Shown: one piece after another, positions 1 through 10,700 of the stretch
Position numbering within the stretch: position 1 is the stretch's first letter
Layout: each line of letters begins with the position of its first letter
NCBI GenBank assembly: GCA_963847185.1
Contig: CAWJYV010000007.1
Coordinates: 544,001-608,000 of the forward strand
Direction: 5' to 3'
Length of the DNA stretch: 64,000 nucleotides
Source: an uncultured Methanosarcinaceae archaeon
Lineage (GTDB): Archaea > Halobacteriota > Methanosarcinia > Methanosarcinales > Methanosarcinaceae
The notes under the pieces: generated by a model
Database searches by the model: none
The model's input: only the letters and a program-made list of their open reading frames with translations
Told to the model about the DNA's origin: nothing
Program-made: the position numbers and the translations under genes

Positions 1-731
1 GCCTTTACCAGATACTCAACCCCCTGCCAGGGAGCAAGGTTTCCCACAAAACACACATATGGAACTCCAGGGTTAAGATTCAGTTCTTTTCTGCAGGCCT
101 CCTGTTCCAGTGGTTTAAACAGGGAAGTATTTGCCCCATTGGAAACTACAACTATTTTTTCTCCTGGAATATTGTAAAGATTCTCCAGACTTGATTTTAT
201 TCCAGGGGTTACAGCAATTATTCGGTCCGAAAAACTCAAAGCTTTCTTGAGGACAAATAGTTTTAATCTGGCATGTGCAGAGAAGTATTGTTTTGAAAGT
301 ATTCTTGGGAGTGAAATGCCCGTATTTTTTCCTGGATTATAACATTTACCTTCTTCGCACTTTTTCTCGAGGTTTTTTTCATCCTGCGAAATCCCATTTA
401 ATTCATAAACCATCTTTTTGTATCTGCTTTTTCCAAAGATTCCCACAAGGAAGCCAAAGTTAGGATTGCGGGTATATACAACATCAAAAGTTTCTGAGTT
501 CAAAAGACTTATAAGATTTCTAAAATAGTTGACAGTAAGAGTAAATAGGCTTCCAGGTGGGACGTAACGGCAGTGGATATTAGCAATGTTTGAAAGACAG
601 GCCCTATCAGTGGTAAATATATGAATCTCGTTATCCAGTCGGGCCAGGTTGCTTACAAGCTCGTACCTGTGAATAAGAGACCCATCTGCTAGAGAAAGTG
701 GCCATACCATATCCAGAAAAAGCAACTTCAA
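1..731 (-). CDS. Glycosyltransferase family 4 protein (3' part runs off the window)
   Basis: Read manually: TTG start after GGTGA RBS, MKLLFLDMVWPLSLADGSLIHRYELVSNL. Near the window edge it reads VVSNGANTSLFKP...YVCFVGNLAPWQGVEYLVK, which parallels the GT4 at 17275-18459. Confidence 0.8.
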   Translation of the reverse strand, partial: MKLLFLDMVWPLSLADGSLIHRYELVSNLARLDNEIHIFTTDRACLSNIANIHCRYVPPGSLFTLTVNYFRNLISLLNSETFDVVYTRNPNFGFLVGIFGKSRYKKMVYELNGISQDEKNLEKKCEEGKCYNPGKNTGISLPRILSKQYFSAHARLKLFVLKKALSFSDRIIAVTPGIKSSLENLYNIPGEKIVVVSNGANTSLFKPLEQEACRKELNLNPGVPYVCFVGNLAPWQGVEYLVK

Positions 732-776
732 AAATATCACCTTTTAGATACTGTTTTTTAGAATATTTTATAAGTT

Positions 777-1676
777 TCAATGCTCTCTTTTGTGTGCATT
801 TCCTGTATTCCGGCCAAAGGTTCCCGTAATCCTGGAATATATTCCTGAAAGACCCTGATTTTTGTAGTAAGCTCTTATTTCAGGGTCAGAAATTTTTTTC
901 TCCTTTTTGATAGCCGATCCGATATATCCGCAGCAGTATGCAGCTCCTGTATAGAAAGGAGGTTTTACAGTGTAGTAAAGTACATTTCCCAGGGCAACCA
1001 AAGGGTTTTTGCCAAGATAATATGCCATCCATCCATTTTTGATATATCCATGCCAGAGTCCATTAGCTGCACTTGTTTGACGTTTCTGGATCTGGATAGC
1101 ATCGGGATATTGCATGAGTTTCCAGCCTCGAAGTAGGGCCTTTATATTGGAAATGGAATCAGGAGACGGCTCAATCTGGTACCCCCCAGTCTCAATGAAA
1201 CACTCTTTTTTCCAGAGTCTTCCGGTCCCACGAGGAAGGTTTTTATCTGTCATTTCCCTGGAAAGTTTCCCTCCGGTATCATAATAAACTCCTCCGCTTA
1301 CAACTCCGAGGGTATCGTCCTTTTCAAACTCAATTAGAAGTTTTTCGAAGTAGTTTTCTTCCAGCACCGTATCCGCATCAAGAAGGCCTATACATTCGAA
1401 TTCTATTTTATTTTCCCTGCAGTACTCAAGAACATAATCAAATCCCTGTTTGCAGACATAGCTGTAGTGAAAGGTAATGTCTCGTGGCTTGGGAGGGAGT
1501 CTTATACTCTGAATCCATGAGTTACTGGCCTTGAGATTTTCTATGATTTGTGGAGTCTCATCCGTACTCCCATCATCAACTATTATCCATAGAATCGGTT
1601 TTACTTTCTGTCCTGTTACAGACTTTGAAACATCAGGCAGATTCTCTTCTTCGTTTCTTGCAGGCGTAACCAGCAC
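777..1676 (-). CDS. Glycosyltransferase family 2 protein
   Basis: VTPARNEE, VDDGSTD and LLDADT GT-A motifs; start uncertain. Confidence 0.85.
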   Translation of the reverse strand: MLVTPARNEEENLPDVSKSVTGQKVKPILWIIVDDGSTDETPQIIENLKASNSWIQSIRLPPKPRDITFHYSYVCKQGFDYVLEYCRENKIEFECIGLLDADTVLEENYFEKLLIEFEKDDTLGVVSGGVYYDTGGKLSREMTDKNLPRGTGRLWKKECFIETGGYQIEPSPDSISNIKALLRGWKLMQYPDAIQIQKRQTSAANGLWHGYIKNGWMAYYLGKNPLVALGNVLYYTVKPPFYTGAAYCCGYIGSAIKKEKKISDPEIRAYYKNQGLSGIYSRITGTFGRNTGNAHKREH

Positions 1677-1692
1677 GTATTTTCCCTTTAGT

Positions 1693-2745
1693 TCAGGATC
1701 TATCTTCCCACCACCTGTAAATTTCTTCCCCGCTTGTTATCCAGGCCCCTTTCCCGGAACAATATTGCAGCGCCTTTTCATATAGTTTTACCCAATCCTT
1801 TCGGAAACTGCAGCTGAAAACAAAATTATGCCATAGCAGGGTAATGACACCGTTAAGTCTTGATGTTGTATCTATCAGATTTTTTGTGTACTCCCAGGCT
1901 TCCTCAAAAGATTTTGAAGTCGCAAAAAGAGCAACATCCATAATGACAAGTGGAATTTCGAGAATTTCTATCTCTCTATCTTGGTTCAGGTTATATGGTT
2001 TGAAAGGGTGACACATGCCGTTTCTGAATCCAACTGATCTACTGTACCCGAAAGTGGAATCATATTTGAAGCCGGCATTTTCAAGTATTTCCCAGGAGTC
2101 GGGAGTTTTGAATCTCAGGTAATGATTGCGAAAACCCAGAACTTTATTCCCCAGAGCATTCTCCAATCTTTTTTTTTCGTTTTTTATTGCTTCCAGGTTA
2201 TCATATGAATAGTAGCCTCCGTGAAGCCCAACTTCCCATCCTCTGTCTGAAACCTCCCCTAAATTGTGTCCTATATCCTCTACATTGTACCTGAATCTCA
2301 TGGGGTCGGTTTCTGCAGTTATAAAGTAAAAAGAGGACTTTGCTCCATAGTTTGCCTCAAGATCCATAATTTCTGCAAGGTTAATGTAAGGGGAGTGTTC
2401 CTTTCCTCTTAGCTTCCAGAGTAATTGGGCTGCAGAACCCTGGAAATCCAGACCCTTCAGACAATGGGCTGAGGAAAGTAAGCTGTGGGAAAGAGGTGGG
2501 TAAATGTCATCCACATCATGGGTCAAACAAACTGCAAAGGTTTTGTTTTCCGGGAATTCAACCTCCATCCCCTCATGTTCTGTCAGGTATTTGGAAACTG
2601 CGGGTTCAAAGGCTCTTTTGAGGTCGCTGTCAGCACAGAGGAAACGGTCGTGTTCATCCAGCTTTTCAGGTGAATATTCCTCTTTTCGAGTGAATAAATC
2701 CCATATTTCCTGGTTTTGCTTCAAAAGCTCATGCATAAGTCTCAT
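1693..2745 (-). CDS. Polysaccharide deacetylase family protein
   Basis: LTHDVD, EVGLHG, RNHYLRF, YDST and LLWH motifs; paralog of 32829-33875. Confidence 0.85.
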   Translation of the reverse strand: MRLMHELLKQNQEIWDLFTRKEEYSPEKLDEHDRFLCADSDLKRAFEPAVSKYLTEHEGMEVEFPENKTFAVCLTHDVDDIYPPLSHSLLSSAHCLKGLDFQGSAAQLLWKLRGKEHSPYINLAEIMDLEANYGAKSSFYFITAETDPMRFRYNVEDIGHNLGEVSDRGWEVGLHGGYYSYDNLEAIKNEKKRLENALGNKVLGFRNHYLRFKTPDSWEILENAGFKYDSTFGYSRSVGFRNGMCHPFKPYNLNQDREIEILEIPLVIMDVALFATSKSFEEAWEYTKNLIDTTSRLNGVITLLWHNFVFSCSFRKDWVKLYEKALQYCSGKGAWITSGEEIYRWWEDRS

Positions 2746-3802
2746 CCGAAACCAAAGGTAATGAAACTCCAGATTTCTTCTTAGGAAGGCTTTCTATAAG
2801 CTTAACCATAAAGTCCGTCACATCGATCTTGTCCCTGAGAAGAGCAGATCTTTTTAAGCCCCATGTTTTTTTAAGTTCCGGATCTTTGAGAAGTTCTATG
2901 GCTTTTGTGAGGGCAACTTCTGAATCACTGTAATTAAAGAGCAAGCCATATTTATCTTCAAGTTCCGAAAAATTCCCCATAGTTCCTGCAAGACTAGAAA
3001 TATAGATCGAAGGAGTTCCCAGAAGTGCGCTTTCAACAGCCATAGTTGCCCCTTCGCCAACGTACAGGGTAGCATAGTTAAGCACATGGTGAATTTTTTC
3101 AGATGAAATCCGAATTCTATATTTCTCAAATTTTTCTTCCAGTGGCCCTTCTGAAGTGATAAATACTTTTCCGAATTTTTCAAGTTCCTGAACAAGCGCC
3201 AGTTTATTTTCAATTCCATGCTGTCCTACATCATGGTGTGCTCCCCATGAAACAAAGCGCAGGATTACAAAAGGTTCTCCTACGTTTACTCCAAGCTCTT
3301 TGAGAACTTCAGGACGTGGAGTAAAATATGATGGGTGAAGATAAGCCAGCTCATGGTAGCCACTATACCTTATCTGCTTTTTTCCTTCATCCTTTAGATA
3401 ACATGAAGGAGTACATATTATATTACAGAAAGGATAGGTTATTTTCTGAGCTATCACTGCATGTTCGGTGTCGTTAAATATTATTGATTTTTTCCGCAAC
3501 ATCCAGGATATCTGAGCTGCAGTTGGAGAAAGAATACCCATAAGAACATCAGGGTCAAATTGTCTTGCGATTTTAAGAAGTTTGTATTCCCGTATAAACC
3601 ATTCTTCAAACAAATGGATTTTTCCCGGCTTTACTTTGCTTAAAACTGTATGTGGTATTTTATAGGCATCCAGTAGTTCTACAACTACGTCTTTATCCCG
3701 CGAGACCACCATTACTTTATGTCCTTTTTTTTCCAGATTCCAGATAGTGTTTTTAAAAAAATGAACATGGGCTGGATGCCCTATATCAATAAGGACTCTC
3801 AA
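2729..3802 (-). CDS. DUF354 family (GT-B-like) protein
   Basis: IDIGHPAHVHFFK and GEGATMAVESALLGTP motifs; TTG start at 3802 after GGGGAGTGA RBS. Confidence 0.8.
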   Translation of the reverse strand: MRVLIDIGHPAHVHFFKNTIWNLEKKGHKVMVVSRDKDVVVELLDAYKIPHTVLSKVKPGKIHLFEEWFIREYKLLKIARQFDPDVLMGILSPTAAQISWMLRKKSIIFNDTEHAVIAQKITYPFCNIICTPSCYLKDEGKKQIRYSGYHELAYLHPSYFTPRPEVLKELGVNVGEPFVILRFVSWGAHHDVGQHGIENKLALVQELEKFGKVFITSEGPLEEKFEKYRIRISSEKIHHVLNYATLYVGEGATMAVESALLGTPSIYISSLAGTMGNFSELEDKYGLLFNYSDSEVALTKAIELLKDPELKKTWGLKRSALLRDKIDVTDFMVKLIESLPKKKSGVSLPLVSDETYA

Positions 3803-4382
3803 TATATTCACTCCCCTATTTATTCTAATATAATTATAATACATCAAGAGAGATAAACAGTATGCTGATATGAAAATGCTCCAGCCAGCTGAAGGTTAAA
3901 TCCCAGCCTCAAAAGCCTATATGAAGGCTTACGAGAGAAGGTAGTACCAATGAATAGGGAATCTTTCTGCCCTTCTTTTTAGGGTATACAATCGACTCCT
4001 GTTTTTCCTTCAAACTGGTTCCGACCATTAACTTTCAGAAAATCTTTTTTCATCTCCCTCTGACCTACAACAGGCAGTAACTATTCAGGTCCCGCGGCTA
4101 GGCCGCCCCCCATAGTATCATTCTCTTGAAGCTTAAATTTTCACTTCAGATAATGCTACTTACTATTACAATTATGATAAGATGATAAATTATTCAAGAA
4201 TAAATACTTATCGGAATGAAGTTTCTTAATTGATATTTATAATATCTTTTGTATTGTGAATTTACAGGGCATTTTAGGGTTTTAATCTGAAAAATATTCG
4301 TTATTATCTCTTTTATATTTTTTTCGTAACTTAATTAATAATTATATAAAAAAATTTGTAAAATCTAAAAAATTTGCAATTA

Positions 4383-4673
4383 TTATGGAGTCAACTGTGC
4401 TAACATTATACTAAACCCTACCACAAAGAAGTTTGCAATAAAACATATTAATAAAGGATAGATTCCCATATCCATAGAATCTATTGATAGATGATCTTTT
4501 CTCGCAGATACAAGTATCATTTCCTTCATCCCGACTAAAGCGATAAGTCCGATGGCAATAATCTGATAATATACAGGTATTCCATAATCTGTGTAGAGGA
4601 AACATATCCCAGAACCTGGAAAAGAACTTCCTGTCACAAATCCTTCAGCATCTATTGAAAACATTGATAACAT
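4383..4673 (-). CDS. Small two-TM membrane protein (paralog of 27440-27736)
   Basis: GGGGGA RBS; two hydrophobic helices; shares IPV...KE/RD...VS...S(M/L)(D/N)MGIxPLL with 27440-27736. Confidence 0.75.
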   Translation of the reverse strand: MLSMFSIDAEGFVTGSSFPGSGICFLYTDYGIPVYYQIIAIGLIALVGMKEMILVSARKDHLSIDSMDMGIYPLLICFIANFFVVGFSIMLAQLTP

Positions 4674-4931
4674 TACAAATCCCCCAAAATCTCTGTAAAG
4701 GAGTTTGTCAGAACATATACTAAATCCTGATTGTAGTAAGTATTAGCAATTAAACTATTAGTAAATATAGACAGTTAAACTATTTAAATATATAAATTGA
4801 GATGAAAGAGTCAAATATAAGAAACCAGAAGAATTATCAGTTTCATGTTATTAGAGCTTGTAATAACTCATCAAAAAATAAATATAAATTGTATTGATTT
4901 TCTCTGTAAATCCAGAAAAGAGGTTTAATCT

Positions 4932-6215
4932 ATGAAAGTTTCCGTAATAGGTTCAGGATACGTGGGGTCAGTCACAGCGGCATGCTTTGCAGAAATAGGG
5001 CATGAAGTTGTCTGTGTAGATATTGACAGAAAAAAAATGGAGCAGATAAACGCAGGTATTCCTCCTATATATGAAGAAGGACTTGGGGAACTTTTGCTAA
5101 AATATGCGGGAAAGAGGCTTATTGCAACTGATGATTATGAATTTGCAGTTATGGAAACAGATCTTTCTTTTATCTGTGTGGGTACTCCCTCAGCTGAAGA
5201 CGGAAGTATAGATCTCTCAATTGTCCGAGCAGCTGCAACAAGTATTGGGAAAGTCCTTGCAAAGAAAAAAGGGTACCATGTAGTAGTCGTAAAAAGTACA
5301 GTTGTACCCGAAACAACAGAAAAGTTTGTACTTCCTATTCTTGAAGAAGCATCAGGAAAAAAAGCTGGAAAGGATTTCGGAGTTGCAATGAATCCTGAGT
5401 TCCTCAGAGAAGGAAAAGCTGTCCACGATTTCATGCACCCTGACAAAATCGTTGTGGGGGCAATAGACCGAAAATCAGGAGACCTTGTATCAGAACTTTA
5501 TCGGACCTTTGAATGTGAAGTTACCCGTACGAATCCAGCAACAGCAGAAATGATCAAGTATGCAAACAATTCCCTGCTTGCAACCAAGATCTCTTTTGCC
5601 AATGAAATCGGAAATATTTGTAAAAAGCTTGGAATAGACACCTATGAGGTTATGGAAGCCGTAGGTAAGGATTTCAGAATATCTCCAAGGTTTTTAAATT
5701 CCGGAGCAGGCTTTGGAGGGTCCTGTTTCCCAAAAGATGTAAAAGCCCTTATAGGGAAGGCAAAAACGATAGGATATTCGCCTGTGCTTCTGGAATCCGT
5801 AATCGCTGTAAATGAAAAACAACCACTTCTGATGATCGAAATTCTTCAGAGGAAAATAGGAGATCTTAATGGCAAAAAGATTGCAGTCCTCGGCCTTGCC
5901 TTTAAAAATGAGACCGATGATATAAGAGAATCCAGAGCTATCCCTGTCATTGCTGAACTCCTGAGGCTTGGGGCAAAGATTTCAGCCTATGATCCTATGG
6001 CAATAGAGAACATGAAAAGAATCTTTCCGACAATAGAATACTATGGAAAGGCTGAAGATGCACTTAAGGATGCTGATGCCTGCCTTATAATGACAGAATG
6101 GGATGAATTCAGGCGGCTTGAGTCTGAATTTGAGAACATGAAGAAAAAGATTGTAATTGATGGAAGAAGGGTAATTAACGCGAAAAAAATAGATTATGAA
6201 GGGCTCTGCTGGTAA
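4932..6215 (+). CDS. ugd: UDP-glucose 6-dehydrogenase
   Basis: GSGYVG Rossmann motif, NPEFLREG, GFGGSCFPKD, DDIRES. Confidence 0.92.
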   Translation: MKVSVIGSGYVGSVTAACFAEIGHEVVCVDIDRKKMEQINAGIPPIYEEGLGELLLKYAGKRLIATDDYEFAVMETDLSFICVGTPSAEDGSIDLSIVRAAATSIGKVLAKKKGYHVVVVKSTVVPETTEKFVLPILEEASGKKAGKDFGVAMNPEFLREGKAVHDFMHPDKIVVGAIDRKSGDLVSELYRTFECEVTRTNPATAEMIKYANNSLLATKISFANEIGNICKKLGIDTYEVMEAVGKDFRISPRFLNSGAGFGGSCFPKDVKALIGKAKTIGYSPVLLESVIAVNEKQPLLMIEILQRKIGDLNGKKIAVLGLAFKNETDDIRESRAIPVIAELLRLGAKISAYDPMAIENMKRIFPTIEYYGKAEDALKDADACLIMTEWDEFRRLESEFENMKKKIVIDGRRVINAKKIDYEGLCW

Positions 6216-6313
6216 AACCGGCAGAAATTGCCTTCTTTTATGTTCCGTACTATTATGATCTGTAATTCGACTACAAGTCTGATTATAGTCTGATTATCCT
6301 TATTTTCAAGGAT

Positions 6314-7201
6314 TTACTCATCTTTAGTCTTTTTTTCCGTAGCCGTAATTTCTCTCAAGTACTCAAGTACATCTTCCTTCAAGTTTTCATTTTCAAGGGC
6401 AAAGTCTACTATGGCCTTTACATACCCTAGCCTGTCTCCGGTATCAAATCTCTTTCCTTTGAACCTGCAGGCATAGATCATCTGAGATTTGTTGAGAACC
6501 CTGATCCCGTCTGTAAGCTGAATTTCACTTCCAACCCCTGTACCTGCATCCTTTATGCAGTCAAAAATTTCAGGGGTGAAAACATAACGCCCAATTGCCC
6601 CTATATTAGACGGAGCAACTTCAGGTGACGGTTTCTCAACGATATCTTCAAGTACGTAAAGAGAGTCATCAATAGGCCTACCTTTTATTATCCCGTAACT
6701 GCTCAGTTTTTCGTAAGGTACTTCCTCTACTGCGAGAGTAGATCTTCCATATTTTTGAAAGTTCTCAATTAGCTGGGCGGTACAGGGTTTGTCATTTACT
6801 ATTATGTCATCTCCAAGGAGCACGGCAAAAGGCTCGTCTCCAATATGCTTTTCTGCTCTAAGAACTGCGTCCCCAAGTCCATTTGGCTCCTTCTGACGGA
6901 TATAATGAATATCCACAAGAGAAGAAATATCCCGCACCAGTTTAAGAAGTTCGGTGTTGTGCTTTTTTGCGAGATACATCTCAAGTTCAGGGGAATCGTC
7001 AAAATAGTCCTCAATTGCCCTTTTGCCCCGGCCTGTGATAATGATAATATCTTCGATCCCTGAAGCAATAGCCTCTTCTACAACGTACTGGATAACAGGT
7101 GTATCAATGATAGGAAGCATTTCCTTTGGCATTGATTTGGTGGCAGGCAGGAAGCGAGTTCCAAGGCCAGCCGCCGGAATAAGTGCTTTTTTGATGGTCA
7201 A
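6314..7201 (-). CDS. galU: UTP--glucose-1-phosphate uridylyltransferase
   Basis: PAAGLGTRFLPATKSMPKEMLP, VEKP, GSEIQLTD. Confidence 0.95.
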   Translation of the reverse strand: MTIKKALIPAAGLGTRFLPATKSMPKEMLPIIDTPVIQYVVEEAIASGIEDIIIITGRGKRAIEDYFDDSPELEMYLAKKHNTELLKLVRDISSLVDIHYIRQKEPNGLGDAVLRAEKHIGDEPFAVLLGDDIIVNDKPCTAQLIENFQKYGRSTLAVEEVPYEKLSSYGIIKGRPIDDSLYVLEDIVEKPSPEVAPSNIGAIGRYVFTPEIFDCIKDAGTGVGSEIQLTDGIRVLNKSQMIYACRFKGKRFDTGDRLGYVKAIVDFALENENLKEDVLEYLREITATEKKTKDE

Positions 7202-7394
7202 ACTAAACTCTCCGGAAAGGAAATTCTATAAGAACGATTCTTGCAATGACTTTAAGTATTTTTCACTCACGTCTTTAATATTTCCCTTATATTTTTTCCC
7301 AGCCTGACCTGAAGTGGGGCAAAAGTGTTTTTCTAACTACCAGGGAACAGTGTAAGATATTAATAAGGAAAGATAGATTATTGAAGGATTTTCC

Positions 7395-8345
7395 ATGCCT
7401 GCAAAGAATAAAATACTTGTGACAGGGGGAGCCGGCTTTATAGGGAGCCACCTGGTAGACCGGCTTATCTCAAAAGGAAACAGGGTTACCATCTTTGATA
7501 ACCTGAGTTCGGGAAAAATGGAGTTTATAAAGCATCATTTTGAAAATCCTGACTTCACGCTGATAAAAGCAGATCTTCTTGATCAGGATGCAATAGAGAG
7601 AGCTTGCAAAGATATCAACAGCGTTTACCATGTAGCTGCAAATCCGGATGTCAGGCTTGGGACCTCAGATACAAGAGTTCATTTTGATCAGAATATTCTG
7701 GCAACTTATAATCTTCTGGAAGCCATAAGAAAAAACGATGTTAAAGAGATCGTATTCACCTCAACTTCTACAATTTATGGGGAAGCATCAATTATACCTA
7801 CTCCTGAAGATTACGGTCCTCTTATTCCCATATCCCTCTATGGAGCTTCCAAATTGGCCTGTGAAGCTCTTATTACCTCATACTCTCATACCTTTGACAT
7901 AACCGCATGGATTTTCCGTTTTGCAAATATTGTCGGTCCTCGCAGCACTCATGGAATTACTGTAGACTTTATCAACAAGCTGCGGGATAATTCTGCCCAG
8001 CTGGAGATTCTTGGTGACGGTAAGCAGGAAAAGTCCTACCTTCATGTATCGGAATGTGTTGATGCGATACTGTTTACAGTGGAAAATAGCAAAGAAGACG
8101 TAAATATTTTCAATATTGGCTCAGAGGACACTATAAGCGCCACTGGAATAGGAAAAGCTGTCGTGGAAGAGATGATACTTTCTAATGTCAGTTTTGTCTA
8201 TACCGGAGGGAGCAGAGGCTGGAAAGGGGATGTCCCAAAAATGAGGCTAGATGTTGAAAAATTAAAGAAATTAGGTTGGAAGCCTGCCTATACATCAGAG
8301 AGAAGCGTGAGGGAAACAGCTAGATCCTTGCTTGGGAGAAATTAA
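7395..8345 (+). CDS. NAD-dependent nucleotide-sugar epimerase/dehydratase (GalE-like)
   Basis: TGGAGFIGSHL and YGASK extended-SDR motifs. Confidence 0.9.
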   Translation: MPAKNKILVTGGAGFIGSHLVDRLISKGNRVTIFDNLSSGKMEFIKHHFENPDFTLIKADLLDQDAIERACKDINSVYHVAANPDVRLGTSDTRVHFDQNILATYNLLEAIRKNDVKEIVFTSTSTIYGEASIIPTPEDYGPLIPISLYGASKLACEALITSYSHTFDITAWIFRFANIVGPRSTHGITVDFINKLRDNSAQLEILGDGKQEKSYLHVSECVDAILFTVENSKEDVNIFNIGSEDTISATGIGKAVVEEMILSNVSFVYTGGSRGWKGDVPKMRLDVEKLKKLGWKPAYTSERSVRETARSLLGRN

Positions 8346-8402
8346 TTAGAAAACTTCGCTAGATATTATTTCTTTCTCTCACTAATTTAAAAATTCTGAA
8401 AA

Positions 8403-9005
8403 TTATTGATTTTTTTTTAGGGAATTATTTAAGATTTCTGTTGCTCTTGCAACTAATTTTTCAGAACCTTTATCATTTATTTTTTTAGCTGGAATCCCCG
8501 CAATCCCTATATTTGGTTCTGTAAATGACTTATTTACAACTGAATTAGCTCCTATAGCTATTCCATCTGCAATCTCTATATCGCCAAATATTTTAGCTCC
8601 AGGTCCGATGTAAACATTATTTCCTATTCTTGGTGTCACATCTCCATATCCAGCTTTAGTTCCGATGACAGTGCATACATGTATCCTGCAATTCGCACCT
8701 ATTCTTGCACTTCCGTTGACAACAATCGTACCTGGATGACTTATGGATAAGCCCGGGCCAAAAACATTTGGCTTAATATGAAAACCAAGAAATAGACTTA
8801 ATAAATAAAATTTTAGATAAAGGTAGTAATAGTAAGGGCGGTAGAAGACAGAATTTTTACAATTTTTATAGTATTCAACTTTTCTTAATAATCTCTGAAA
8901 TACCCATACTTCATCAAAAAAAAACATCGGTTTTTTACTTTTTTTACCTAAGGCTATTCTGTCTGCTTCTAGATAATACTTATAGTCCTGTTTCGACTTT
9001 ATCAT
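8403..9005 (-). CDS. Hexapeptide-repeat O-acetyltransferase (serine acetyltransferase/WcaB-like)
   Basis: IGNNVYIGPGAKIFGDIEIADGIAIGANSVV left-handed beta-helix repeats. Confidence 0.85.
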   Translation of the reverse strand: MIKSKQDYKYYLEADRIALGKKSKKPMFFFDEVWVFQRLLRKVEYYKNCKNSVFYRPYYYYLYLKFYLLSLFLGFHIKPNVFGPGLSISHPGTIVVNGSARIGANCRIHVCTVIGTKAGYGDVTPRIGNNVYIGPGAKIFGDIEIADGIAIGANSVVNKSFTEPNIGIAGIPAKKINDKGSEKLVARATEILNNSLKKNQ

Positions 9006-9245
9006 AAAATATTCCCAGGTTACAAAATTTTAATTTTTAGTCAATATCAGGTTTAATAATGAATTTTATTGGTCAATTTTTGTAAAAGAAATCTATTTCC
9101 TTAATACATTCAGATTTTTATAACATTTTCTGTTTACTAATTAATTTTTGGAAGTCTTTATCCTTATAAATATAACTTTTAATATGGTTACTTGTTTAAA
9201 TTTTTATTTTAAAAATAGATTCTCATGCAGTATGCTAAATTATAA

Positions 9246-10700
9246 TTATAATCTTGGAGGGGTGTACTTTTTTACAGCAGAAAGTTCGCACTTGCTGAAA
9301 CCGCCTATTATAAACATTAAGGAAATATAAACAAATACTCCCATTGCTGCTATTCCAAAGAGTCCATAGACAGTTGAAATCGAGAAGCGAGAGACAAATA
9401 GATACATCACAAAAGAGGAGAATATACTTTTTGCAATGTCATAATAATAATAATCAAACACAATGTGTTTCATAGATATATGGATACAGAGTACAATCAT
9501 TAAAAAATAGGATATTAGAGTCGATAGTGCTGCTCCGATAATGCCAATCGAAGGTATAAGCAAAATATTAAGCAGCACGTTCGAAACTGCAGCAATCACG
9601 TTGATATAAGTCGCAGATTTCGTTTCTTTTACAAGAAGCATTATATTGACAAAAATTTGAAAGATTCCTACCAATAGACCTGAGAGTGCAATAATTGGAA
9701 TTACAAGCCAGCCTGAAAGGAAATCTTGAGTCGTAAATATTCCAAGAAGAGGTTTTGCAAGAGCGGAAAGCCCAAAGACTGCAGGAATGGTAATAAGAAG
9801 GAAATATCTTAGTGAATGTGACAAGTAGGTCCTTACCTGGTCGGTTTTATTCTCATCAAACAATTTTGAGAGCTCAGGAAGGAGAATTAGCTGGAGAGGG
9901 CTTACAAAAAGCTGGATAAGGCTTCCTATTGAATAAGCTGCTGAATATACACCCATACTTCCCAGGCCGAGAAAATATGTAACCAGATATCTATCGCTTG
10001 ATTCCGTAACCCATCTCACAAGAGCACTGGGGGTTAAGGGAAGAGAAAACTGCAGGTATTCCTTTATGTAAGTAAATCGAGGAATAACAAATCCTATCTG
10101 TGACACGATCAACAGAAGAGATATTAAAATAATGATGCTCTGCACCAATAATGTGGCTGTAATCACGCCAAGAAGCCCGTATCCCATTTTGAGGAGAATT
10201 ACAATTAAGAATAACTTCCCAAAAGTCTCAAAAAGAGTAAAATAAGAGAATTTTTTTATCTGTCTGAATGCTCTGAAATAATAAAGAGATATAGGCTCGA
10301 TTACATTCAAGAGAATCAAAAGGGAGCCTGCCTTGATAAAATAAGTTGCCTCGGGATCCCTGAAGCCGAAAGTTGCAAGAGGCTCTGCAAATGTATACAG
10401 AAATAGAGAAGCCAGAATGCCGGAGATTGTCACAAAGAAAAGAATTGAATAAACGGCTTCTTTTATTGTTTTCTCTTCTGTTTCAGAAGATAGAAACCTG
10501 ACGAAGCCCATTGAAAGACCCATAAGTGCAATAGAAGAGATTAAAGATACCGTAATATTGATCTGTGCCCAGAGCCCGTAATCATAAGTCCCAAGGGTTT
10601 TTGTGATAATTGGAAGTAAAAAAAAAGTGCCCAGACTCGTAAGTATCTGAACTGCTCCAATGAAACCAACATCCCTTGCAAACTTTTGATATGACATCAT
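9246..10700 (-). CDS. Wzx-type oligosaccharide flippase
   Basis: About 14 TM helices, LG...YGLW, DRYLV..FLG...MGVYSAAY, LLIPSIGIIGAALST. Confidence 0.9.
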   Translation of the reverse strand: MMSYQKFARDVGFIGAVQILTSLGTFFLLPIITKTLGTYDYGLWAQINITVSLISSIALMGLSMGFVRFLSSETEEKTIKEAVYSILFFVTISGILASLFLYTFAEPLATFGFRDPEATYFIKAGSLLILLNVIEPISLYYFRAFRQIKKFSYFTLFETFGKLFLIVILLKMGYGLLGVITATLLVQSIIILISLLLIVSQIGFVIPRFTYIKEYLQFSLPLTPSALVRWVTESSDRYLVTYFLGLGSMGVYSAAYSIGSLIQLFVSPLQLILLPELSKLFDENKTDQVRTYLSHSLRYFLLITIPAVFGLSALAKPLLGIFTTQDFLSGWLVIPIIALSGLLVGIFQIFVNIMLLVKETKSATYINVIAAVSNVLLNILLIPSIGIIGAALSTLISYFLMIVLCIHISMKHIVFDYYYYDIAKSIFSSFVMYLFVSRFSISTVYGLFGIAAMGVFVYISLMFIIGGFSKCELSAVKKYTPPRL

